Of a DNA stretch of 24,000 nt, positions 9,489 through 17,342 are shown in pieces; within the stretch, counting starts at the first letter, position 1, and every line of letters begins with the position of its first letter. The translations under genes were made by a program, and so were the position numbers. A model generated the notes under the pieces. The model saw nothing but the letters and a program-made list of their open reading frames with translations, ran no database searches and had not been told where the DNA came from. The stretch is from Hyphomicrobiales bacterium. GTDB taxonomy: Bacteria; Pseudomonadota; Alphaproteobacteria; Rhizobiales; WTKA01. The DNA lies in contig WTKA01000098.1 of NCBI GenBank assembly GCA_011524605.1, positions 1-24,000 on the forward strand. Reading direction: 5' to 3'.

Positions 9489-9866
9489 ATGGCGCAAGTA
9501 ATGGTTACCATTGATGGTCGTTCATACCGTATGGCATGTGATGATGGTCAAGAACCTTATATCCAAGACTTAGCTTCAAACTTGGATAAACAAGTTATGG
9601 AGTTAAGAAAACAGTTTGGCGCCATTGGTGATATGCGCCTTTTATTAATGGCTTCTTTGATTCAATCTGATGATGTCAGGGCCTTAAGAGAAAGAGTTGA
9701 TACGCTTGAGCAAGAAAATCATCAACTCAAAACAATCCGCTCTTCTTTGCTGGATCAAAGCTTTTCTGATCAACAACATAATGCCCACTATTTAGAAAGT
9801 TGCGCTGATCGCATCCATGCTTTGGTAAACCGCATAGAAAACCCACCTAAAGAGGCGGCGGAGTGA
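9489..9866 (+). CDS. zapA: Cell division protein ZapA
   Basis: MAQVMVTIDGRSYRMACDDGQEPYIQDLASNLDKQV... matches the ZapA N-terminal domain pattern and is followed by a coiled coil. Strong RBS AAAGAGG 6 nt upstream. Confidence 0.85.
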   Translation: MAQVMVTIDGRSYRMACDDGQEPYIQDLASNLDKQVMELRKQFGAIGDMRLLLMASLIQSDDVRALRERVDTLEQENHQLKTIRSSLLDQSFSDQQHNAHYLESCADRIHALVNRIENPPKEAAE

Positions 9867-9918
9867 ACCATCTCACCTTATCTTGAGACTTTATCTTGAA
9901 ACTCTTGTGCCTTCATTT

Positions 9919-10000
9919 TTGACAAATGAAGCTGACATAACAGTAGTATTTCTTAAAGAATATAGAAAAAGAAATGCATCTCTTATTATTTTATGATAAT
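9919..10000 (+). promoter_or_regulatory. Candidate ssrS promoters: a distal TTGACA and a proximal GATAAT -10
   Basis: Consensus -35 TTGACA at 9919-9924, with its best -10 (TAGTAT, 9944-9949) at a long 19-nt spacing. GATAAT at 9995-10000 would place a TSS near 10007, the first base of the predicted 6S terminal stem. The -35 for the proximal site is weak. Confidence 0.3.
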
Positions 10001-10007
10001 GATGACA

Positions 10008-10165
10008 TGCTGCGCTTCTCGTGAGGCTAAATTATCCCCGGGGCCTTACTCATCCTTAAGGGAGCTGTCCCTGCCTTGGCTCGTGGGCCTTGACACACGG
10101 TGCCCACCTACTTTCGTAGGTTCCCGGGATCAAGAGTAGCCAACGGTTGTCGCGGCAATTTATTT
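10008..10165 (+). ncRNA. ssrS: 6S RNA (SsrS); ends approximate to +/-10 nt
   Basis: A GC-rich island in an AT-rich gap between zapA and ygfA. Terminal stem TGCTGCG / CGCGGCA. Closing stems GGCTA..ATCCCCGGG pair with CCCGGGAT..TAGCC. The central unpaired region is flanked by small hairpins AGGGA-gctg-TCCCT and CTAC-tttc-GTAG. Apical hairpin GTGGGC-N13-GCCCAC, then an ATTTATTTTT tail. Confidence 0.75.
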
Positions 10166-10214
10166 TTACCAGGCTCAAACCAATGATTTGATCATAATAT
10201 AATCTGTGTACCCT

Positions 10215-10796
10215 ATGACGACAGACCTGATGCAAGAAAAAGATCAACTTAGAATAATTTTAAAAACAAAGCGGGCTGAAATAACGCAACAGCATCATCG
10301 GGATTTTTCCCTTAGAGCCTGTGACAGGCTCGTTGATGTTATTTTAAGAGCTCATATAGAATCAATTGGATTTTTTTTACCTTTAAAAGATGAAATTGAT
10401 ACAAGAGTAGCGATTGAAAAACTTGCCAAACACGGCATTCAAATCAGTCTGCCTATTACAGGAAAAAAGGCCACCCCCTTATCTTTTCGACATTTCACCC
10501 TCGGGGATAGGTTAGAGCAAGGTTTATTCAATACCCAACAACCTCTGAAAAATGCCAAAGAGATAATACCCGACCTGCTTATTGTTCCCTTACTCGGTTT
10601 TGATGAAAAGGGATATCGATTAGGCTATGGCGGCGGTTATTATGATTGCACGATTGAAAAAATGAGCCAAAATAGAGCCATTAAAACAGTTGGTTTTGCT
10701 TTTGAGTGTCAAAAATGCTCTAGTATTCCTCGGCTATCTCATGATAAGCAACTCCAAATGATTGTAACAGAAGCGCAAGTCTATACTTGCTTGTGA
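10215..10796 (+). CDS. ygfA: 5-formyltetrahydrofolate cyclo-ligase
   Basis: GYGGGYYD motif and family-typical length, in the classic position downstream of ssrS. The track start at 10206 is GTG; the in-frame ATG at 10215 is preferred, but the start remains uncertain. Confidence 0.85.
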   Translation: MTTDLMQEKDQLRIILKTKRAEITQQHHRDFSLRACDRLVDVILRAHIESIGFFLPLKDEIDTRVAIEKLAKHGIQISLPITGKKATPLSFRHFTLGDRLEQGLFNTQQPLKNAKEIIPDLLIVPLLGFDEKGYRLGYGGGYYDCTIEKMSQNRAIKTVGFAFECQKCSSIPRLSHDKQLQMIVTEAQVYTCL

Positions 10797-11620
10797 TGAG
10801 GGCTAGTGAATTGAATATTTTATTTTTAGGAGACCTTGTCGGGCGCGCAGGACGGCATGCAGTTCGAGACCAACTTCCTCGTCTTTTAGAAAAACATAGC
10901 TATGATTGCATCATTGCCAATTGTGAAAATTCTGCAGGTGGCTTTGGTATTACAGAAACTATTTGTGATGAGATGGACGAATATGGCATTAATGTCATTA
11001 CTCTAGGCAATCATACATGGGATCAGCGCGAGATTTTCGGCTGGATTCATAGGAAGCCCCATGTTGTTCGACCTATCAACTATCCTCAAACAGCCCCAGG
11101 CGTTGGGCATACATTTTTTGAATGCGAAAAAGGCCGCATTCTTGTTATCAATGCAATGGGGCGCTTATTCATGGATGCGCTAGATGACCCCTTTCGCATT
11201 GTTGATGATCTACTGAAAAATATAGCCCTTCAGCGCGATTGTGATGCTATCATTGTGGATTTTCATGCCGAGGCAACCTCGGAGAAGCAAGCATTTGCCA
11301 CCTATTTAGACGGCCGCGTCTCTCTTGTTGTTGGCACTCACACTCATGTCCCAACTGCAGATCATCGCATTATGCCCTATGGCACAGGCTATCAGTCAGA
11401 CGCGGGCATGTGCGGAGATTATGACTCTATCTTAGGGATGGAAAAAGACGAGCCAGTGAACCGCTTTGTCAATAAAATCAATAGCAAACGTTTTGAAACT
11501 TCAAAAGGCGAAGGCACATTAGCTGGCCTCGCCATTCAAACAGATAGCCATACAGGTCTATGTCGCAAAATTAGCCCCGTTAGCCTAGGTGGCGCCCTTA
11601 GCGAAATTTGGCCAGACTGA
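10796..11620 (+). CDS. YmdB-like metallophosphoesterase (TIGR00282-type family, from memory)
   Basis: ILFLGDLVGRAGR, NCENSAGGFGIT, GNHTWDQRE and DFHAEATSEK match the B. subtilis YmdB pattern. The ATG at 10796 overlaps the ygfA TGA (10794-10796) by 1 nt. The track start at 10787 is TTG. Confidence 0.85.
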   Translation: MRASELNILFLGDLVGRAGRHAVRDQLPRLLEKHSYDCIIANCENSAGGFGITETICDEMDEYGINVITLGNHTWDQREIFGWIHRKPHVVRPINYPQTAPGVGHTFFECEKGRILVINAMGRLFMDALDDPFRIVDDLLKNIALQRDCDAIIVDFHAEATSEKQAFATYLDGRVSLVVGTHTHVPTADHRIMPYGTGYQSDAGMCGDYDSILGMEKDEPVNRFVNKINSKRFETSKGEGTLAGLAIQTDSHTGLCRKISPVSLGGALSEIWPD

Positions 11621-11677
11621 TTTTTGACCTTTATTCTTTATTTATCAGATAAGGCTTATTAAAATTAGGCGACTTAA

Positions 11678-12475
11678 TCACCCAAGCTGATGAAGTGCAT
11701 AAAGCCCAATAGCAGCAGCGTTTGACACATTGAGCACTTTAAAATCGCCCGGAAGCGGCAGTTTAACAAGTTGGTCACAATAATCCCGTGTTTTAGCACG
11801 AAGCCCCTTACCCTCAGCCCCCATAACCAATGCATAAGGACCGTAACAACCGGGCGAAGAAATATCGCGCTCTGCTTCACCGTCAAGCCCAAGACATGCA
11901 ATACCTCTATCCTGCAAGTTTTTAATCGCTTCGCTTAAGTTGCGTACGCGTAAGTAAGGCACATGCTCCAACCCGCCAGAAGCTGATTTTGCTAAAACAC
12001 CATCAGGAGCTGGACTATGGCGAAAAGTTGTAATCACTGCGGAAACTTGGAAGGCAGCAGCGCTTCGCAAAATAGCACCGACGTTGTGAGGATCCGTGAC
12101 TTGATCAAGCAAAATGATTGGCCCATATATTTCAATGTCTTTCAAGCGCGGCTCTTCCAATGGCTCACAAATCAGCATAATGCCGTTATGAACCGTATCG
12201 GGATTAAGCTGACGGGATAGATCTTTTGTTGATACTTCTTCGATCACAAGCCCCATTGCTTCAATATCGGGGATATTCTCCCTCACCTTATTTAAAGCAT
12301 TTAATGTCCCTAAAAGTTTGCGATGTTTTCGTTTGGGATTTTCTAGTGCTGCAATAACGGCATGAAACCCGAAAAGACGGACAAATTCATCTTCACGATT
12401 ACGTTTTAAATAGCTTGGTTTCGGATGTCTTTCACTCACAAAGCGCCTCGAAGATAAATATAAAATAAAAAACAT
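11678..12475 (-). CDS. rlmB: TrmH-family RNA 2'-O-methyltransferase (RlmB-like, SpoU group 3)
   Basis: SpoU motifs DPHNVGAILRSAAAF, LVMGAEGKGL and LNVSNAAAIGLY, plus an N-terminal substrate-binding domain (LFGFHAVIAALENP). The exact N-terminus is uncertain. Confidence 0.75.
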   Translation of the reverse strand: MFFILYLSSRRFVSERHPKPSYLKRNREDEFVRLFGFHAVIAALENPKRKHRKLLGTLNALNKVRENIPDIEAMGLVIEEVSTKDLSRQLNPDTVHNGIMLICEPLEEPRLKDIEIYGPIILLDQVTDPHNVGAILRSAAAFQVSAVITTFRHSPAPDGVLAKSASGGLEHVPYLRVRNLSEAIKNLQDRGIACLGLDGEAERDISSPGCYGPYALVMGAEGKGLRAKTRDYCDQLVKLPLPGDFKVLNVSNAAAIGLYALHQLG

Positions 12476-12645
12476 TGATAGCTGAACTTGTAAGGCACGT
12501 CTATCATTTTACGTCTATTATCACTTTCATTTATACACTAATGAAATAATTCATCTCTTTTGGGTCAAACAAGAAATAAGCTTTGTGCCTAATCCTTGCC
12601 CAAAAGGATGAGTTTAGCTATATAAGGATTTTAATTTGCAAATTA

Positions 12646-13761
12646 ATGATGATAAAAATGCCAATTGATCACATTCTTCAAGCGTTAAAACAGGTGACAA
12701 GCGACACAACGCCTTATTCAATGCATCCGACTTTTTATACTAATGATGATTTTTTAGAAGAAGAAATAGAGCAACTCTTCATTCCGGGCTGGATCTGCGT
12801 GGGACGCGCCGACAGAATTGCGAATATTCATGACTATTTTGTCATTGAAATATTAGGAGAATCCCTGATCATTACCCGCAATGCAGATAATAGCATATCT
12901 GCCCTTTCTAATGTTTGCCGCCATAGGGGCAGCATCATTGCCTCTGGAGAAGGTAGTGCAAAGAAATTTACATGCCCCTATCACCATTGGAGCTATGCGC
13001 AAGATGGATCGCTCATTCGCGCGCCCTTGATTGACGAGCAAGAGGGCTTTGATAAAAAAACATGCAAGTTACCAAGTTTTAAAACTGAAATTTGGATGGG
13101 CTGGATTTTTGTTAATCTGAGTAATGACGCTCCACCTCTTTTATCCGCTATCAAACCAATCGATGAATTTGCAAAAAACTATCATAATGAGGAAATGGTT
13201 AGCATTCAAACCACGGATGAAATTTGGGCAACGAATTGGAAATGCCTAGGCGAGAATTTTCTTGAGGGCTACCATCTGACCCCAGTCCATTTAACAACGC
13301 TCCACCCCATGTGCCCTACGCGGCTTTGCGAAAAAATAGACGGCAATGATGCTTTTACAGGCTATAAAGCCCATTATGTTGAAGATTATGAAGGGCGCAT
13401 TGAAACCCACCCAGACATGAGCGAAGAGCAAAAACGCCTAAGCCAAATGCTCTGGATTTATCCCGGTTTTGTTGTTGCCATGTCACCAAATTCCAGCGTT
13501 TGGATTTCACTCTTACCTGAGGATGCCGACCATGTTAGGCTCCACTGGGGCGTAATTGGTCGCCCTGAAATTATAGGCACTGATGAAGCTGACGCAAGGT
13601 GGAATTTTGCAAATGAATTTAATGCAGAAGATCGTGCCCGTTTAGAAGATGTACAAAAGGGGCTTAAATCCCGTTTTGCTAAGTCAGGCCCCTTAGCACC
13701 AAAAGATTATGAAGGCACAGTGATGGATTTTTACACCTATGTTTGCAACAAAATGACCTAG
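12646..13761 (+). CDS. Rieske [2Fe-2S] aromatic-ring-hydroxylating oxygenase, alpha subunit; substrate unknown
   Basis: Rieske motif CRHRG-x17-CPYHHW. Mononuclear iron motif NWKCLGENFLEGYHLTPVH. The track start at 12583 is TTG; ATG at 12646 (or 12658) is more plausible, but neither has a strong SD. Confidence 0.85.
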   Translation: MMIKMPIDHILQALKQVTSDTTPYSMHPTFYTNDDFLEEEIEQLFIPGWICVGRADRIANIHDYFVIEILGESLIITRNADNSISALSNVCRHRGSIIASGEGSAKKFTCPYHHWSYAQDGSLIRAPLIDEQEGFDKKTCKLPSFKTEIWMGWIFVNLSNDAPPLLSAIKPIDEFAKNYHNEEMVSIQTTDEIWATNWKCLGENFLEGYHLTPVHLTTLHPMCPTRLCEKIDGNDAFTGYKAHYVEDYEGRIETHPDMSEEQKRLSQMLWIYPGFVVAMSPNSSVWISLLPEDADHVRLHWGVIGRPEIIGTDEADARWNFANEFNAEDRARLEDVQKGLKSRFAKSGPLAPKDYEGTVMDFYTYVCNKMT

Positions 13762-13807
13762 GCTCAGAGCCATGCTGAAAGGTCTTTTTGCTGGCTTAAG
13801 CTTATAT

Positions 13808-14881
13808 TTAAGGGAACATTGGAAGTTGACGCAATCCTAATGTTTCTTCAAAGCCGAAGGCAATATTGAAATTTTGCAAAGCCTGTCCCGATGATCCTTT
13901 AACCAGATTGTCAATTGCACCAATGATGATAGCTCTACCGGGGATGCGGTCTTCAAAGATGCTAATAAGACAAAGGTTAGATCCCCTCACCTCTTGCGTG
14001 CGCGGGGCGACCCCTTGCGGCAAAATTTGAATAAAATCATCATTTTGATATTGTTTTTCAAGGCTTGCTCTAATGTCAGCAACGGACTTGCCTTCAGCAA
14101 GTTTCACATGACATGTTACAAGTTCCCCTCTGCTCATAGGCACAAGATGCGGTGTAAAATTGACAATCACATTACCGCTCGATTTTGCACTTAATTCTTG
14201 CTCTATTTCAGGCGCATGGCGATGACTGCCCACCGCATAGGGCCCTGCACCCTCACCTGCTTCACAAAATAGCGTATTTTCTTTTAATCCACGACCTGCG
14301 CCCGAAACACCACTTTTTGCATCAATGATTATATCTTCTTTTTGGATAGCACCCTCTTGCAGCGGCGGAATAAGCGAAAGCAGCGTTGCTGTGGGGTAAC
14401 AGCCAGGACAGGCAATTAAAGAAGCATTTTTAATTTGATCACGATAAATCTCGCTTAAGCCATAAACTGCATCTGGTTGGAATTCAGGCGCTAAGTGGTC
14501 ATGCCCATACCACTGAGCATAGGTTTCTAAATCCCTAAGTCTAAAATCAGCCGATAAATCAATAATTTTCACATGCGGGGCAACTTCGCGGATATTTTTC
14601 GTAATTTCCTGCGTTGTACCATGGGGCAAACCACAAAAAACTGCATCAATGCCATGCCAACGACTATCAATGAGACGATCAATCTTAGTTAAATCTGGCA
14701 GATTAAGGCTGCGTAAATGTGGGAAGACTTGCGCCATCGGCTTACCCGCATGGGCATTAGCCGTTAAAGCAACAAACTCTATATTCGGATGCTCAGCCCC
14801 CAAACGAACAACGTCAGCACCTGTATATCCTGATGCCCCTAATACAGCTGTTTTAATTTTTTTTTGACTTTGCGCTGTCAT
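13808..14881 (-). CDS. argC: N-acetyl-gamma-glutamyl-phosphate reductase
   Basis: GASGYTG NAD(P)-binding motif, catalytic Cys context ACPGCYPT, full-length match to the family pattern. Confidence 0.95.
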   Translation of the reverse strand: MTAQSQKKIKTAVLGASGYTGADVVRLGAEHPNIEFVALTANAHAGKPMAQVFPHLRSLNLPDLTKIDRLIDSRWHGIDAVFCGLPHGTTQEITKNIREVAPHVKIIDLSADFRLRDLETYAQWYGHDHLAPEFQPDAVYGLSEIYRDQIKNASLIACPGCYPTATLLSLIPPLQEGAIQKEDIIIDAKSGVSGAGRGLKENTLFCEAGEGAGPYAVGSHRHAPEIEQELSAKSSGNVIVNFTPHLVPMSRGELVTCHVKLAEGKSVADIRASLEKQYQNDDFIQILPQGVAPRTQEVRGSNLCLISIFEDRIPGRAIIIGAIDNLVKGSSGQALQNFNIAFGFEETLGLRQLPMFP

Positions 14882-15040
14882 AAAAACCCCGAAAATAATA
14901 TCCTAATTAAGTTTTATATGCGCCCTATCCAATTTATTTGCAACATTTTCTTTTTCAAATTTTTTGAAATTTTACTTCAGAAAATTATAACCCCCTAGGC
15001 TAAGGACGTGATTATTTTTCATAAATCAAAATACATATCT

Positions 15041-16540
15041 TTATAAAGAAAGTTGATCTTGAATATAAGCTTCAAGCTTTTCTTGTCCGTCTTTAACACG
15101 TAAGCCTAGCTTTGTGCGCCTGTATAAAATATCTTCAGCGCTTTTTGCCCATTCATTTTTAATGAGATAATCAACTTCCACCTGAAATAAGTCAGCGCCA
15201 AAATGCTGGCCTAAATCAGCAACTTCCTGCACATCTTTTAATATGATGAATGTATTAAGCCCATATTGGCGAATAAGGCGATTAACATGATTTCGCTTTA
15301 AAAATGGTCGTTGCGTCAAGCAAATATTGACCTTTAACTCAACTTCAGTGAAGTTAAATTCCCCACCCGGTAAAGCAATATCTTTTGTCCAAGCTTTTCG
15401 TTTTTTATCCCATATTTGTTGTAAATCATCCATTACGGTTTCAGCAAGCTTGCGATAGGTTGTGATTTTACCGCCAAATATTGTTAATAAAGGCGCTTCA
15501 TTATCACCCATATTCTTAATTACATAATCTCTTGTTGCTTCTTGTGCTTTTGAAGCGCCATCGTCATATAGTGGCCGCACCCCAGAAAAAGTCCAAACAA
15601 TATCATCCTCAGAAATTTTCTTCTCAAAATAAGCATTTGCCATTTCTAGCAAATAATCTGTTTCTTCTTTAGAAATTTCAGGTTTTATGAGCGGATCTTT
15701 ATGATCAACATCTGTCGTTCCAATTAAAGTGAGTTTTTCTTCATAGGGAATGGCAAAAATAATGCGACCATCGGTATTCTGTAAAATATAGCTTTTTTTA
15801 TGATCAAATTGCTGTTTCACCACAATATGGCTACCGCGTACTAAACGGATATTTTTGGGCTCTGCAACGTCAAAGACTTGCTCCATCACATGATCTACCC
15901 AAGGTCCTGCAGCATTAACAACAGATGCTGCGGTTATGATTTCGACCTGTCCCGTAGCAAGATTTTTAACACTAATCTTCCAACCCTTTTCATGGCGCAC
16001 TGCTTTTTCCACCTTGTGACGGGTTAAAATATCTGCTCCTTTTGCCGCGGCATCACGCGCATTTAAAACCACAAGGCGACTATCATCAACCCAGCAATCA
16101 GAATATTCAAAACCTGTTTCAAAATGGGACTTTAAGGGCTTGCCATAAACACCTTGTGTCAGATCTAATCGGGAAGTTGGCGGCAAATTTTTACGCCCAC
16201 CGATATAATCATATAAAAATAAGCCTAAACGTAAAAGCCACTTTGGCCTCAGCCCCTTATGATAAGGAAGAATAAAACGCATCGGGCGTATGATATGTGG
16301 TGCGATTTGCAAAAGATTTTCACGTTCGATGAGCGCTTCTCTCACCAGGCGAAATTCATAATATTCAAGATAGCGCAACCCGCCATGGATAAGCTTACTA
16401 GACCAAGAAGAGGTGCCGCTTGCTAAATCATCCATTTCCGCTAGACAGACATCATAGCCTCGTCCTGCAGCATCACGCGCAATGCCGCAGCCATTAATGC
16501 CACCGCCAATAATAAAAATATCAAAATGCTTTTTTGCCAT
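15041..16540 (-). CDS. glpD: FAD-dependent glycerol-3-phosphate dehydrogenase
   Basis: DIFIIGGGINGCGIARDAAGRG FAD fold, SSWSSKLIHGGLRYLE, and a GlpD C-terminal domain. Confidence 0.93.
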   Translation of the reverse strand: MAKKHFDIFIIGGGINGCGIARDAAGRGYDVCLAEMDDLASGTSSWSSKLIHGGLRYLEYYEFRLVREALIERENLLQIAPHIIRPMRFILPYHKGLRPKWLLRLGLFLYDYIGGRKNLPPTSRLDLTQGVYGKPLKSHFETGFEYSDCWVDDSRLVVLNARDAAAKGADILTRHKVEKAVRHEKGWKISVKNLATGQVEIITAASVVNAAGPWVDHVMEQVFDVAEPKNIRLVRGSHIVVKQQFDHKKSYILQNTDGRIIFAIPYEEKLTLIGTTDVDHKDPLIKPEISKEETDYLLEMANAYFEKKISEDDIVWTFSGVRPLYDDGASKAQEATRDYVIKNMGDNEAPLLTIFGGKITTYRKLAETVMDDLQQIWDKKRKAWTKDIALPGGEFNFTEVELKVNICLTQRPFLKRNHVNRLIRQYGLNTFIILKDVQEVADLGQHFGADLFQVEVDYLIKNEWAKSAEDILYRRTKLGLRVKDGQEKLEAYIQDQLSL

Positions 16541-16598
16541 TAAGACCTACTGAGACCTATTCAAAGCGAGATTATATAAAGATAGATTTTATATATAA

Positions 16599-17327
16599 TT
16601 ATCTGAAAATCATCCATATTGCCATAGTAATCATAACAATATTCTCAGTTAATGACACAAATCCTAAAGGCACAATCGATTCCCCGCCAACACAAGCACA
16701 GGACAACTGTTTCTTTTCTAAATAAACAGCCTTATAAACAGAATAGGCTCCTACTATGCCAATGAATAGAGCAATGGGAATGGATATAAAATGCAAAATA
16801 CCAGCAACCATCAAAACCCCTGCTGTCAATTCTGCAAAAGGATAGATTTTGCCATAAAAAGGCCATTTCATTGCCAATAAATCATATGTAACAAATTCAG
16901 CTTCAAAACTTGATAGATCACGTAGCTTTTGCAGAGCAAGAATACACATGGAAAAAGCAATAAACCATTGTATAGCCATGCGCGTGAATGGTGTTTGATA
17001 GGCTGCATAGCTACAACTAAGTGCCATTAAAGCGCATATAAAAAAGAGATAGATAACTGGCGTATAGCTAGCAGACGCTTTTTTCTCTTGATCTTCAACA
17101 GTGAATAAGTTTTTCAAATCATCAAAACCGCCAATATGCTTATCATCAAGCCAAATTTGCGGTGTTGTGGCAACACCATGCTTTTTTTTAAAAGCTTCAA
17201 CCTCTGCTCTTGTCGTCAAGAGATGATCTTCAAAATCGATATTTTGATCATGAAGAAGCGCTTTAGCTTTTTGGCCTGAGGGGCACAAGCCCCCATCAAT
17301 AGCCATTCTATATAAGTGATTTGCCAT
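16599..17327 (-). CDS. Glutaredoxin-like domain fused to a MauE/DoxX-type membrane domain
   Basis: The N-terminal ~80 aa have a Grx fold signature (LCPSGQKAK...TTPQIWLDDKHIGGFDDL). These are followed by about 4 hydrophobic helices and an SCACVGG motif typical of MauE-like proteins. Confidence 0.7.
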   Translation of the reverse strand: MANHLYRMAIDGGLCPSGQKAKALLHDQNIDFEDHLLTTRAEVEAFKKKHGVATTPQIWLDDKHIGGFDDLKNLFTVEDQEKKASASYTPVIYLFFICALMALSCSYAAYQTPFTRMAIQWFIAFSMCILALQKLRDLSSFEAEFVTYDLLAMKWPFYGKIYPFAELTAGVLMVAGILHFISIPIALFIGIVGAYSVYKAVYLEKKQLSCACVGGESIVPLGFVSLTENIVMITMAIWMIFR

Positions 17328-17342
17328 ATATGATCTTTATAC

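Noticed and set aside
10056-10247. 63-aa minus-strand ORF between zapA and ygfA
   Set aside because: It overlaps the predicted 6S RNA and the ygfA start. Its openness is explained by the GC-rich structured RNA sequence.
13762-13807. Possible shared terminator between the convergent Rieske oxygenase and argC genes
   Set aside because: The best pairing is only about 6 bp (GAGCCA/TGGCTT) with an 18-nt loop, and there is no clear U-tract on either strand.
14960-14990. A/T palindrome TTTCAAA-TTT-TTTGAAA upstream of argC, considered as a possible arginine-regulator operator
   Set aside because: It does not match the ARG-box consensus I know, and it consists only of A/T in an A/T-rich spacer.
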